Shown: in pieces, positions 11,623 through 24,911 of the stretch
Numbering within the stretch: the first letter of the stretch is position 1
How the letters are laid out: the number at the start of each line of letters is the position of its first letter
Origin: Psammoneis japonica
Taxonomy: Eukaryota
NCBI GenBank assembly: GCA_008632985.1
Contig: QPGO01000011.1
Location: 1 to 64,000 of the forward strand
DNA: 64,000 bases
Direction of reading: 5' to 3'
Position numbers and translations under genes: made by a program
The notes under the pieces: model-generated
What the model saw: the letters and a program-made list of their open reading frames with translations, nothing else
Databases searched by the model: none
Told to the model about the DNA's origin: nothing

Positions 11623-12561
11623 CTACTCCTCGAGAGAACCTTTCAACATGGGACAATCATCTGGAAGGACAATGCTTACTGCGCCGGGAACAAGTTTAAA
11701 GTTGAGCTCCTCCGCAACGATTGGTTCACCATCAAGGTTGCAGGGCAAGTGCGACCCTTCCTTTGATTTCCACGTGACCGACGTGGTCTGATCTCGGACC
11801 AAAAACTTTGGGTCATGATTGTCGTCTACTTCATCAAGCAGCTCCTTTAATACCGTAGCCACGTCCGTAGGGGAAGTCACGCAGGGCTACAAGATCCATC
11901 AGCCCATCATTGATGTAGGCTCCCGGCGCAAGCTGCTGCCCACCTCCCGCCTGACGTCCATTGCAAACGGCGCAAACCGTAATTCGTTCTTGCTCTGTTT
12001 CTCCCTCGGCAGTCGTAACGACTCCAGCGTACGGTGTAAAACCCAGAGCTTGAACGACACCTGAAAGCGTGTAGCTCCTCCGCCCAAAAAGTTTTTGAGT
12101 TCTACCGGTGTGTTGGCTGTGACTTCTGCTCCAAAGCCTCCAGTAGCCATATTGACACAGTACCTGTCGTTATTGATGCAAATGACATCTACAGGACTAG
12201 CCGTTCCGTTCTGGGCGAGTTCTAACGCAGCTTCCAAGTCTTGCGTCGGAACGGTACACCCCGTGCAAAAGTCGTTTGCCGTCCCGAGTGGCAGCAACCC
12301 AATTTCGGGTCGATCTCCTTGAGGTATTCGCATAATGGCATCCACAACTTCATTGATGGTTCCATCTCCACCACCCGCAACGACACGCTGACAACCCTCA
12401 GCGACAGCCTCGCGAACAAGACGTTCCACGTCGCCTCCCTCGTATGTCACTCGTACTTGTACATTGCCACGGCTGCGGGAGGAAGCAATCGCATCACGTA
12501 CTTCAGGTAAACCAGCCTTCTTGCCATTAAGAATAATGCGTATCGGTGTTGTTGACGCCAT
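11623..12561 (-). CDS. yegS: YegS-like lipid kinase (diacylglycerol kinase catalytic family), intronless; apparent frameshifts near 12073 and 11872
   Basis: Motifs [24 protein letters not shown] and [10 protein letters not shown]; the shifted frame reads [24 protein letters not shown]-terminal NLDGEP. Confidence 0.88.
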
Positions 12562-12856
12562 GATGGTATTATTGGGTTTGCAATTTACTCAAATAACAGC
12601 GAACAACAACAGCTGCGTTCAAATTCTTCTCGGAATCTTCTTCTTTTTGCGCCCAAAGATCCCACAAAGATCAACGTGTAGATTTCAGTACAGTACTCTT
12701 CTACGTGAAAGAGCTCGTGGTTAGAAATAAGTGTCACGCCCGAAAAAACTCGTGTTAAATTCGAGCTCGTGGACTGGTGGAGCAAAGACGCGGCTGTACT
12801 GTATTGCTGTTGTTATCGTTCTTAGTCTACTTCTATCATCTACGAGACTACTTATC

Positions 12857-14698
12857 ATGGCGTTTACCTTTGGTACATCATCAGGTGGCAACGGCAACAA
12901 CACGCCCGCCCCAGCTCCCGGAGAAAGCAAGTTCAGTTTTGGTGGTGGATCCACGACGACGGGTGGAGCAGCACCGGCATTCAACTTTGCTGCGCCTACT
13001 GCTTCTGGAGCGCAAGCCAATGCTCCCGCTACTGCAACGACGGCACCTACTCAATTTTCCTTTAGTGGAGGAAGCACCGCTGCTACTTCTACGACGGGAG
13101 GCGATACCAAAGCACCAGCAGTTTCAGCCTTTGGCAATCTAGGTACACCAGCTGCTGCTTCGAGTGGATCGGGAGATGTGACGCCGCCTCATAGCAACAC
13201 GACGGGAGACGCAAACAAGCCACCACCTCTTTTTGGAGGCGGAGGAGCAGCAACAACTACGACACCTGCTACGGGTGCTCCTGCAGGTGGTTTGTTCAAT
13301 TTTGCAGCAAAGACGGATGCTACTGCTCCGACAACTGCTGCAGCACCAGCGGGTGGATTCAATTTTGGAGCAGCTGCGCCAGCAACTAATACGACTACAC
13401 CAGCACCAGCCGATGCCAAGCCTCCCGCAGCTACCGGTGGATTTAGTATTGGTGGAACCTCTGCGGCAGCATCCAAGGACACTCCGGGAGCTACAACTAC
13501 AGCGCCCGCAGCTACTCCGAATTTGTTTGGAGCAGCAGCTACAGCCACAACACCCGCTGCTAAAGCTCCAGCTCCTGCTACTACTACTGCTCCCGCGGCG
13601 GCGGCTGCTACAAATTTGTTTGGAGCAGCAGCGACAACCACTGCACCCGCGGCTGGTACTCCCGCTCCTGCTACTACTACTGCAGCTACTCCCGCCGCTG
13701 CGACGACGAATTTTTTTGGTGCAAAGACAGCCGCGGCACCCGCGGACAGTACTCCAGCTACCACTGGTGGTGCTGCTCCCGCAGCGGCTGCAAATTTGTT
13801 TGGAGCTACAACAGCCGCAGCACCCGCGGCCAGTACTCCAGCAACTACTGCTGCTGCTGCCACTCCGGCAGCGGCTGGCGCTACTCCTCCTGCCCCTACT
13901 GCGGGGGCAGCCACTCCAGCAGCAACTCCGGCACCCGCTACAGGCTTTGCTTTTGGGGCTGCTGGTGGAGCAACTGCTACGCCTGCAACACCCGCAGCAG
14001 CTACAACTCCAACACCAGGAGTTGCTACTCCGGCAACCACCACCACCACGGCACCCGCAGCAGGAGCCGCCGCCACCACCACACCTGCTCCTGCCGTCCA
14101 AACACCCGCTGCTACGACTCGAGAGCCCACCAAATTGGAATACCAAACTCTCACGGTGGAGCAACTTCTCAATAACTTCCAAGCCGAATTGGAAAAAGAC
14201 ACGGTCGCCTACCTCAGTCAAGCCCACCGTGTCGCTCAATACGATGGTATTTTGCGTGATTCTCAAGCCGCTCTGGTTCACTTGACGGCTCAAGCCTCTC
14301 GTCTCTTGGTGCAACAACGCGACATGGAAGGCACGCTCAAGGGCATTGATGCTCTTCAATCGGAATTGGAACGCTCCATGCAAGACTTGGAAACGGCGGT
14401 CGATGACGTGTTTGCGGCTCAATCCGGTCTCATGCCTCAAGACGGCGACATTGAACGGGAACGGACCTATGTGACGGCCAAGACGCTGGAACAACGCTTG
14501 TCCGTCATGGATGAAGCACTCCAGAATGCGTCCAATGATTTGAGTGCCGCTCAAGAACAAGTGGTTGAAAACAAAGAAGTGGCGACCGTGTTGCGAATCA
14601 TGAATCAACACCAAGATGCGCTGACCAAGTTGGAACATGCGACGCGTGCCATGGAAAATGACATTACGCAAATTGCAGCCGCCATGGGCAATTACTAG
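12857..14698 (+). CDS. NUP62: FG-repeat nucleoporin Nsp1/Nup62
   Basis: Starts MAFTFG; FxFG and NLFG repeats in Ala/Thr/Pro spacers; C-terminal coiled coil (TVEQLLNNF...ERERTY...IMNQHQDAL) of the Nsp1_C type. Confidence 0.9.
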   Translation: MAFTFGTSSGGNGNNTPAPAPGESKFSFGGGSTTTGGAAPAFNFAAPTASGAQANAPATATTAPTQFSFSGGSTAATSTTGGDTKAPAVSAFGNLGTPAAASSGSGDVTPPHSNTTGDANKPPPLFGGGGAATTTTPATGAPAGGLFNFAAKTDATAPTTAAAPAGGFNFGAAAPATNTTTPAPADAKPPAATGGFSIGGTSAAASKDTPGATTTAPAATPNLFGAAATATTPAAKAPAPATTTAPAAAAATNLFGAAATTTAPAAGTPAPATTTAATPAAATTNFFGAKTAAAPADSTPATTGGAAPAAAANLFGATTAAAPAASTPATTAAAATPAAAGATPPAPTAGAATPAATPAPATGFAFGAAGGATATPATPAAATTPTPGVATPATTTTTAPAAGAAATTTPAPAVQTPAATTREPTKLEYQTLTVEQLLNNFQAELEKDTVAYLSQAHRVAQYDGILRDSQAALVHLTAQASRLLVQQRDMEGTLKGIDALQSELERSMQDLETAVDDVFAAQSGLMPQDGDIERERTYVTAKTLEQRLSVMDEALQNASNDLSAAQEQVVENKEVATVLRIMNQHQDALTKLEHATRAMENDITQIAAAMGNY

Positions 14699-15191
14699 AG
14701 AGCGTGTTTTGTAATTGTTGAGAGAGGGTATATGATTTAGGTGAGAGAGGAGAAAATGGGGATTGCAGTAGATTGAGTAGCTAGTATATTTCAAAATATA
14801 GATTGTTGAAATACTGCGAGTGAGTGATTCGGGTGTAGTGTTAGATGTAGTCTATGCTAGCTATAGAAAAATATGTACTATAGCTAGAAGAGGTCGCGTA
14901 GCTTGTATGCATTTTAAGTTCGTGCTCTTTTATCGGTTGAGTCCTCTAATACATCAACGGTCTCGAGTGAATCAAGGGGTGTGGTGTAGTTTATATCAAC
15001 CGTTGAATTGACTTGGGTGGCTGAGTTTTTGATTTCGATTGTCTATAGAGAATGAAGAAGCAACGCGTAATAAAGTAGATTATGCTTCTTGTTTAGATAG
15101 AGTGAGAGAAGGTACAACACTACGAAAAGACAATTGTTTGCCTTTAGAGTTTAAAAACACTGCTCTACCATGATGATATAATCACACATTC

Positions 15192-16178
15192 TCAAGACTG
15201 TTTCTTTCTCTTTTTCTTGTCCTTTTCCGGACTCACCATTTCTTCATCCGTCTTGGGTCGAAGCCGCTCGGGGAGTAATTCTTGATCCAATACCGTCTCC
15301 TGATTTTGCAGAGCAACATATTGCAAGTCTGGATAAAAGTCTTGTAAATCCGGCAAGGTTTTGCGTCGTTTGCGATGATGAAGAGAGTCGTCATCGTCAT
15401 CGTCGTCGTTATTTGGAGTAGGAGAAGAGTCCTGTTTGGCTGCTACAACCTTTTCTTGATTTGTCTCATCGGATGGCTCGTTTTCCTTGTTTTCGTCGCG
15501 TGTTGTTTTTGATTCGGGTGTTGCTGGTGCAATAACTGTCTCTTGAGGAGCCATTTCGTGGGCTACAGACTTGGAAGGAGACTGAACGACGGTATGTTGA
15601 GCAGTAGTATGCGTAAGGACTTGTTGAGTCTGAGCCATACGCTGTTGATGTTGTTGTTGCTGTTGTTGCAGTAAGTTGTGTTGGTGCCACAAGAGCAATT
15701 GCTGTGATGGTGACATGAAGGGTGGTACTAAAACAGGTGATCCATGTGGTGGCGACGTCTGAGCCTGTCTTGACGGGCTTGGAAAAAATACCGCTGGAGT
15801 TCCAGTAGTATTCATGGGTGATGGAGTGACAAGTGGTTGAGGCCATTGAGCCATACCTGCATGGGGAATTGGAAACGATGCTGTCGTTGCTGTCGTCCTG
15901 ATGTGTGGAGGAAATACAGTAGCAACAGAAGTGGGTTGGCTCATTGCTGTTGCTGGATTGACGGGTGCAACAGTGCTGCTTTGTAATGCGGGAGGGTTGC
16001 TGGCGTTACTGACAGGCTTATCGTCCATGCAGTTTGCAGCAGTACGGCTTGACGAGTCTGCTTGCATTGAGTCACTCTTTTCCTTTTCCACAGTAGTAGA
16101 AGTCTTATCCTGTGTTGGTTGAGACATGATGATGGATACAAGATCAAAGGAATGACGAGTCGCAAGCATGACACTCAT
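15192..16178 (-). CDS. Hypothetical low-complexity protein (Pro/Gln/Thr-rich, basic NLS-like motifs); start uncertain
   Basis: Long open frame with poly-Q, an acidic run, RKRRK and KKKRKK; no recognised domain. Confidence 0.6.
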   Translation of the reverse strand: MSVMLATRHSFDLVSIIMSQPTQDKTSTTVEKEKSDSMQADSSSRTAANCMDDKPVSNASNPPALQSSTVAPVNPATAMSQPTSVATVFPPHIRTTATTASFPIPHAGMAQWPQPLVTPSPMNTTGTPAVFFPSPSRQAQTSPPHGSPVLVPPFMSPSQQLLLWHQHNLLQQQQQQHQQRMAQTQQVLTHTTAQHTVVQSPSKSVAHEMAPQETVIAPATPESKTTRDENKENEPSDETNQEKVVAAKQDSSPTPNNDDDDDDDSLHHRKRRKTLPDLQDFYPDLQYVALQNQETVLDQELLPERLRPKTDEEMVSPEKDKKKRKKQS

Positions 16179-16422
16179 TTCTTTTATGGTGATGAGTGAG
16201 CTTTGGTGCACAAGATGCCGATTTTCGCTGGCGCGCCAAAAAAATGTGGGCAGAAAACAGTCATCAGTATTCTGTCTGTGTCTGGCACCAACATTCACTT
16301 CTGAAGAAAATAGATGGACAAACTAATTAGGAAACGGCACAAGTGACATTCCACATTCCCAGCCATTTTCGCGCATCTTCACGAGCTCTGCACTCTCTCT
16401 TCTCTCAATTTTTTGCATCACC

Positions 16423-17903
16423 ATGACGACCGCCGCATCCAGTAGTAGCAGCAGCACGGATGCTTCGTCGTTTGACACGGAGTCCTTCTTTTTGTTGGAA
16501 ACAGAATCGACCGACTTGCAGCAAGAGACGTTATTGGAATGCTTGCCGTTTTTGATAGAATTGAAAACGTTGCCTCAAGATCAGATTGAGCATCTGCAGC
16601 AAGTGGGACTGCTGCAACCCGACAATACAGAACAACTGTGTCTAGTCAAGGCCAAGCATTCTGCGTATTTGTCACGTCCATTAGTTTCACATTTGAATCA
16701 CTCTTTTGTCAGTTTGGATGCAAGTCGGCCGTGGATCTTGTATTGGACCGTGCACGGACTCGATCTCATGAATCAACTCGAACGTGTGGATTCGAATATT
16801 CTCAATGGCATCGTCTCGACATTGGAAGCGTGCTGGAATGGTATGACAGTCATGACGATTGACGACGAAATAGCATCGTCACCCATGCAAGAAGGCGGTG
16901 GATTTGGCGGAGGACCGGGACAAATCGCGCACTGTGCACCCACGTATGCGGCCGTCATGGTGCTGGCCATTTTGATTTCCGTCGAAACGAGCCGATCAAT
17001 GCACTCGCACTGCTACAGAAAATTCGAATGCCACTCTATCATTGGTTTCTGACGCTGAAGCGACAAGACGGGGGGTATTGTATGCATCAGGATGGAGAAG
17101 TGGATGTACGAGCCACCTACACCATGTTGGCGTGTGCGTCTCTGCTGAATCTACCCACTCGGTACTTGGTGAACGATGCAACTATTCATTTTGTACTGGA
17201 TTGTCAAACCTATGAGGGTGGTTTTGGAGGAGAACCCTACAATGAAGCTCATGGCGGATATACCTATTGTGCTGTGGCGGCGTTGGAATTGGTCAATGCC
17301 ACGAGCAAAATTAGAAACCTTCATCAATTGCGCACGTGGCTGGCACAACGCCAAATGTCTGTCGAGGGGGGCTTTCAGGGACGGGCCAACAAGCTAGTGG
17401 ATGGATGTTATAGTTTCTGGCAAGGGGCTGGAATGACTATATTGTCTCGTTATTTTGATTCAAATACGAATAAGGCAACAGCAAAGCAGCCGCGTGATGA
17501 TGCAAGTGGTGGTGGTTATGATCCGAATCAAGACTATTGGTTGCGACCACCACAAGAAACGAGCAGCGGCAGCAGCAGCAGCACTACCCATGATGAGTTG
17601 AATGTCTTGTACAGTCAGGACAAGTTGCAACGGTATATTCTAACGTGTGCTCAAGACGTACGGGGTGGACTCCGAGACAAGCCGTCCAAACCACGCGACT
17701 TTTATCATACCTGTTACAACTTGTCGGGATTGTCCGTGGCGCAGCATTATGGCAATAGGAACTTGGGAACGCTTTCGTACGGCCATCCAATTCACAGTCG
17801 AGTAGCCAAAACGCACTTGTGCTTCAACATTCGTGTCGATCGGCTTGAGCAAGCTTTACCGCACTTTTATCCGAATCAAAAACAACAACAGCAGCACGCT
17901 TGA
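16423..17903 (+). CDS. FNTB: Protein farnesyltransferase beta subunit; apparent frameshift near 16985
   Basis: Motifs LDASRPWILYW, GGFGGGPGQIAHCAPTYAAV, GEVDVRATY, EAHGGYTYC, FQGRANKLVDGCYSFWQ and GGLRDKPSKPRDFYHTCY. Confidence 0.93.
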
Positions 17904-18093
17904 GTTTTGTAGGGAAAATGGGAAAACGCGTAATTTCATGAATAATGATCATGTAAAAAATCTTTCACTGTGCTTGTGGATATCTCATTTAACGTTAGTA
18001 TCCATAAGCGTAAAGAAATAGTGCATGCTAGAGTGGACTCTAGTCACGCTTCTCCGCTCCCGTACTCTTCCCATTGGCTGAATAGCCATGCTC

Positions 18094-21000
18094 CTATCGC
18101 GCTAGCACGAGACTCGAAAAAGTAGCCAATAGAACTGCCAGCAATGAAAACGATGTCCATGACTGAGAAGAGGAGACATCAATAGGAGGCGGATTCGTTC
18201 CTGGCGAATCGGTAGGGCGTGCTCCAGGTGCACTAGTCGCGGTCGGCAATCCTCCGGGGGAGTCGGTGGGGCTTGCGCCGGGTGCATTAGTGGCCGTCGG
18301 AGATCCGCCCGGCGAGACGTTGGGATTCGAGGTGGCGGTACTCTCTCCGGAAGACACAGGGTCGGGAATTTCTTCGTTTGGTACACTATCAAACAAGTCA
18401 AACGCCGTAAAGACCGTGTCAAAGTAACGACGATCTGGACAAATATCGTCAAAGTCTTCTGCTTCCTTGACTCCCATCCACTCAGAAATGCCTGTCCAAA
18501 TCTGACTCCATGATGTGGTAGGGATTAAACGCCCTCTACCAATGTTAATGTTGCTTGTCTCAGATAGGTCGGTGGGGTACGTGCCCAAGATTCTGCCACC
18601 CTTTACGGCGCCTCCCAATAAAAAGTAGTTCCCGCCCCAACCATGATCCGTTCCGTCTCGACTGTTCATTGTAAGAGTCCTGCCAAACTCGGACGTTTGA
18701 ACTACAACAGTATCTTCCCAGAGACCCATTGCCTTTAATTCGTTGACGAGACTGGTAATGCCGGCATTGACTTCTTTGAAGCGATCCGCCAGCTCTACCT
18801 TTAGGTCGGCATGCGCATCAAAGGAGCTCGATACTTCCACATAAAACACGTCTGCGTTGGAGCCTCTCGCTTCGCGTGTCTGCATCATCCTTGATACAAT
18901 CTCAAACGAACGTTCCAAATCCGTCTCCCCGAACGCAGTATTTAAATTCGTGCCGGACAAGGTCGAATCAAGCAATTCGTTCTTGTACAACGCCTGAATT
19001 AATGATGAAGACCACGTCTGAGCCATGAATCCACTATCGTGGGTCGTGGCATTGTTGAGATCATGTATAGCTTCCAACATGGCGGCGCGACTCATACTTG
19101 ACGGGGCTTGAGGTATAAATCGGGGGACTCCATTCTTGCTCAAGACAAACGGAGCTGTGTATTGTCCACCCGGAGCGCCAGCCAACATGCTTGACGAAGC
19201 GTCCAGAGAAACCGATTCCGTAGACCTTCCACTTCTTTCCAGAGCGTCCGTCAGACGACCAAGTACACCGACACCAGCAGCGTGGTGGAAGGAGTTCACA
19301 GCTCTAACTTCAAATTGCTGCGTATTGTGTGCGAATAGCTGTGTTGGCGTGTTCCTAGCGTAGTTTGATTTCGTGGACGGCTTGCCAAGTACACCGGTGT
19401 TGGCAAAGAAAAGTAAAGAGTTTTCCTTGTACAGATCTTGTACGATTGGGAGTTCCTCATGGACACCAAAGGTGTCACAGTTCGCCTGTCCGCTACCATC
19501 AATAGAAAGCAGATTCTCGGGTAGCAGGTGTGCGGGGTTTCGAATCTCTGCATAATGCGTGTAAACGTCCACTTCCCCGCTGCTGGCGGAGCATTCATTG
19601 GGAACGAGCATATTAAAAGAGTCACACCCACCCTTAAACATAAGGACGATTATCGCCTTGTAGTCAGCGTCAGGTGCTACGGAGTCCGACACCGGAGGCA
19701 AACTTTCGCCACTGAAAGACAAAGTATTTGTGGTGTGAAACTCTGGCGTGGATGTCAATAATTGTTGAGATATGCGTAATGCCGCGCCTTCTCCTTGTTT
19801 CGACATGACCACATCATACACTGACGCGATTCGTGACCTACTTGCAGCATTTAGTCTCCCAGATGTAAGTAAAGCTGCCAGTTCATCGACAACTTCTCGT
19901 GAAGTTTTGCCCGAGGGTTTGAAACTCAACAAACCCGCTGCTTTGCTAAACAGGCCATCATCTCGACAATTCCCAAATCCAACCGGTGGGTTGGTATAGA
20001 AACCAACTCCGCTTAGCCGGCGAACTGCCCCATCCGAGAAATAGCAGTTGGAGAGTCCGTACTTGACTAATGATTGCATCACGTTCAGAATCCCGATGGT
20101 ATGGGGCATGTCAAGAACTTGAGCCTCGGGAGCAACAAGGGACGCTCGCGACACCGGTCCTTCGGGGACAAACTCAGGCAAAAAGAATGAGAAAACTGAT
20201 TTGTGCTCGTGCGCCATTTGCCCAATGAACTGATCCAAGTCATTAAAGATTGCAAGTGGGTTTTCCCCTCTTTTGCCATTGTCAATCATCTTAAATTCCA
20301 TCCCACGCATCAATCCGACGACTCTTAGTAACGGCTCTCGGATGGAACCAGAGGAAGGATCAGCGTCAAGGATTACGGATCGCGCTTCGCGGTCCAGAAC
20401 TATCGATGCCAAGGTCGAAGCAAGATCACCGTACTTGCTTGTCCCAAAAGACATTCCACCGGACTGGTACTGACCACTACGAAACGCCTCGGAGCAAGAT
20501 TTGACGTATCGAGGGCTTGCATTTGAAATGCCAAACCGTTGGATGAGCCGAACGCAGAGAAACGGTGGGGTGTTGTCATGTGTGAAGAAATGTTGCAATG
20601 TAGCCTCTGTCTCATACATTGCGTCACGGACCGTGGCTTCTAGTGTGAGCAAGCTCAAAAAGTGAACTGGATTCCTGAACGAGAATCCGGTTCGCTGTCC
20701 GCCTTCATCGAGAAGAAAGACAGTAGATTTCACATTCTTCAGAAATAATGTACGCCCGGTCCTGTCCACCACCTCAAAAATCGTGTTACTGTCCAATGAT
20801 TCCCCCATTCTATGGACTGTGAAGCCGTTGGCGGAGGTAGCTGTATAAACCCCGGCATCAAAGGAGCTGGGATCTGGAGCACCAATATGCAGAGAAAGAA
20901 GAATGACCTTAGCATTTGACGGCAGACTCTTGAACACGGCAGTTTCGTCAACGGATGTTTTACAGAAGCAGTTCACCCCTTCAATAACCTCACACCCACC

Positions 21001-24000
21001 GCAATTGTCCATGGCTTCCTTCGGATACAACGAATTAGTCCAAGAAACTCCAAAGAAATTTTGACTTTCACCACGTACATGAAGTTCCATGAAACCACTT
21101 TCGTTCGAGGTCTGCATAAGTTTCAGTTCACCTTCAGGGTTTACTATGACATGGATCGCGCAGGGTGCGAATCCCCAACGATAGAGACGGTCCTTCCTCC
21201 TCTCGCTTGCTCCAACATCTAAAGAACGAAGCTCGCAAGCGGTACTGCTTGCAGAAGCGCACCTTGAGATTTGAGTATCGAGACGTACGCGCTCTCCTTG
21301 ATAATGCGAAATAGAGGCAGCTTTCCTTGAATCTGCTGCTTTGCAGCAGACCGATGAGGCAAGAGGAAGCAAAGGATTCCCGCATATAAGTGACGGGTTT
21401 TTTGTGAATGTTGATAGGAGCATTGCATCGGGAAAAAAGGGATGTTCGACACATGGTGAACGAACGTATTCGTAGAACACCCCAGACGTGACTTCAACGA
21501 CGCGAACCGTGTCCACAAGGCACTCAGTACCGAAACAATCGAGATTTCTGTCGAGCACAATTTCGTTCCTAAACTCGCATCCTCCGCCCCTGTCGCTGCA
21601 TAGCACGGCAAATAATGGTGATTTGCTAAGCGTGAACCGTTCTGTGTAATACGGAGGATTGTTCTGAAGTTCGGGCAGTGGAGATCTTCCCAGCAGTCTA
21701 TACGTGGCTCCCTTCTTAAGAAAATGCATCTTTGGTAGGTCAACGCACAATGGATATCCGTCGCCGACATATCCTCCGTACAAGTTAGTTTTTGGAAAAG
21801 GATCGCGCCATTCTGGAACGATCTTCATTGGATCCAGCCTATTTCCATTGTACAAATCCTCATAGTTTCCCCGTTTGGCTTGTTGCGTAAATCCCGTCCA
21901 GGCTCGAGCGAACGAAAGTATATCTGTGTTTGTATAAACTGATTTGGTTTCATTTCTATCATCGAGCTTGAGTGTGCCATCGTCGTTCAGAAGTACCAGG
22001 CCCGTAGTGAAGAGTTGCATTATCTCTCGCGCAAAGTTTTCGTCAGCAAATTCAAAACGAGAGAATCTCTTGAAAGTGTACGCGGACGATTTCGAATTCA
22101 AGAACGAAAGATTCTCGGCCATCAATGGCGAGTAGCTGCTTTCTCGCAGTATATCGTAAAAATTGCCAAAAGCGTTCCGAACCAGCAGATCGTAGAACTG
22201 AAGAAAAACCTCGGTGAAACGATGTTCCGCTCGAATCGACGGCGTGGCGATGACAAGGATTTGGCTGAGGGCCCAGGCCATGCGCTGCCGTAGCTGATCC
22301 TCCCCGTCCAATGACACCATCGTCCAAACGATCTCGCGTTGCCGTGACAGCCTCAAGGAAAAGGAAGTGCCTCTCATTGGATTATCAAATGTGACTTGAA
22401 AGTTATCACCGCTGCGTTCATCGTTGGCAACTTCACCAGCGCTTCCGCAAATCAGAGCTACAGTGCCCGTATTGCCCGAGTTGGAGCTGTAGTATTCAGC
22501 AACCGCTTCATTTTGAAGCATTTCTGGCAAATCCTGAATACTCAAAATGTCACCAACACGCCCAACAAACTCAAAGTTTCCATAGTTGGAATCCCAACGA
22601 CTCATACCATGACTTAACGTACCATCAACAGGGTGTGTAGAAGGATAAGTTAAGGTAGACGATCCGGCATCAAGCCATTTCGTAATGGGGTTGGGACGTC
22701 CTTCGATTGCGGCCTCCCTGTTTCCTGGGTGAGAGTTGAGTCGCGTCCTACAAGTGCAACGGAACATGAATACTGAGCACAATTCCAAAAGAGAAGGTCT
22801 ACAAAGATAGACATCCAGCCTACCAGTACGTCACATCCCACACGGAGAGATGCTCTGGGTGGACATGTGTCCAACAATCACGTCCCTGCAAAAAGTACAC
22901 ACGAACTACACGGTGAGATGTCATGGAAATGGAGGGAGGGAAGACAATATTGAAGGAAGCTCACAATTTGGATTTCAATGCTGACATCCTTGTCGAAGTC
23001 ATCGCATTGAATATGAGGAACTCGGGGAAATGTTAAGTCTCGAAGAAACGGGTTCACATCCACAGAAGTCGCAAATAGTCGTTGAAGCGCCGCGAGAGTT
23101 TGTGCTCCGAGCTGCGTTGGGCTATCGCACACTTTTCTAGGTTGCCGTTCCCATCGACTACGTACCCCCGGCGTACAAGGGTGAGGAACGGCATAATCAA
23201 ATTCTTCTTGCTTCACTTGCAGTCCTTGAATTGCATAAACGTATCGGTTCGTCAGGTTTTGCAATATGAGTAGATTCTCATCATCCAACTCAATGGCCGT
23301 ATCTGGAACGACGTTCACACCACATGCATTGGTATGATTGCTAAAGACGCAGGAATCAAAATTTTGAAAGGTACGAGGAACGTTAGAGCATCGAGTCATT
23401 CCATTCGTATCCTCCATTGTAACACCCCCACCATCGGTGAGAGGCGATTCAAGACTATTTTCTTGCAGGACAAGCCTCGGGTCCCACTGAAGAAGTCCCG
23501 CTGTTGAATGAAACATGAATATTGGGGGATCGAAATCCTCCGACTGACTGGGAATTTCGTTGCATATCGCAAGACCTTGCATCCCGTCCGATAATATGAA
23601 CTGGTCGTCCCTTTGGAGTTTACCCCCGTTTTGCCACTGGTCAATCGGCGACAGTGACTCATCGCCTGTAACACTTAACACATATTGCCCCATATGAGCT
23701 TCATGCCCTGCAAAGCTCAGAACTGGATTGCCTTCTCTAATCTGTTCGCATGTTCCATCTGGATTGCCGGGATAGGGTTTTGTTTTCAGGAAGAATTTCC
23801 CCCCTGACCACGTCTGTGGAAATCTGCACACCTGATAAGCATAGTTGGAGTCCCAAAATGGGAACCTTCGACGCATTTCCGCCCTGTTCCATGTCATTGT
23901 GTCTACGATTGTACGAGCGTGCCCATCAACCATTAAAATATAAGGCCCTGCTGGAACTTCGGACCCTCTGTTGTTGTAGGTAAAGGTGGTATTCTGAGCA

Positions 24001-24911
24001 TAGACATAGCCCGACGGAGCCCCGTCTATGCTGTACTTGTCGCTACTCGTGAAAACAAATCTACGCCACCGGGAATTCTTATCACACGGATGATCCGACC
24101 TGCCCATTGGTTGAGAATATGTAAACTTCAACGACAAGAGAAAGGCAAGGAGTGAGAATCATGGCCAATTCTATCATATTGAACGCCTCTTGCAATATAA
24201 ACTTACTCTCGGGTTGAGTCGCTTTCGAAAGTATTCACGATGACTTGTGAGTGGTATTTCCATTTGATGCTTGACCCATTCAGCTTCACTTTTGAATGCC
24301 CAGTCACTGCTTAAATCTTTCGGTGTTGTTCCAAATGTTGTCATTTCCAAGAACCTAGCTCGCTGTTCTATTTCACTCGTTGTGTAAGCAAAAGAAGACA
24401 AGCGATACCTCGAAAGTGGGTTATCAAGGGGTGGCAGAATGACGGAACAAGCTCCGCCTGAGCACTTGATCCCGTTCCTAAAAACATTTGTGGGTGCATA
24501 GGATCCTGCTGCAACTTCCCAATCGTATCCATAATAGCTCCTTGCCAATGGCACAACAGCAGTAACCCGGTCACGATCTTGGTTGGTGGTAATAATTGTG
24601 AGTGTACAGAGCTTTTCATATGGTCGAATCCGATGGTGTCCACTACTGATATTTGCAGTCGACCCCACCGCTGGACATTCCGTATCTGAAGATGGATCTG
24701 GAGTGACGCATTTCTTTTCCAGAAGCAAATCTTGATCCTGCTCTCTCTTCTCAACCGCACCTTCTCCAACCAAACGGCAAAAAGATCCTAAGCAGCAGTC
24801 ACTGTCTTGATGGCATATATCGGGATTAGAACACCCATCAGCAGCCAAAGAAATTACATTTTGATCTGTGAGAACAAACACCGCGAGAAGCACTCGATAC
24901 GCCACCGCCAT
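18094..24911 (-). CDS. Very large secreted/surface protein with DUF1800 and DUF1501 domains, multi-exon
   Basis: Signal peptide MAVAYRVLLAVFVL. DUF1800-like motifs RARFLEMTTFG, DQLRQRMAWALSQI and DENFAREIMQLF. DUF1501-like motifs GGCDSFNMLVP, SEFGRTL and GTDHGWGGNYF. Pro/Thr linker and hydrophobic C-terminus. Exon boundaries at 22.8-24.2 kb are approximate. Confidence 0.85.

Noticed and set aside
13139..14794. Long antisense and alternative-frame ORFs over the nucleoporin
   Set aside because: These are shadows of Ala/Thr/Pro low-complexity codons.
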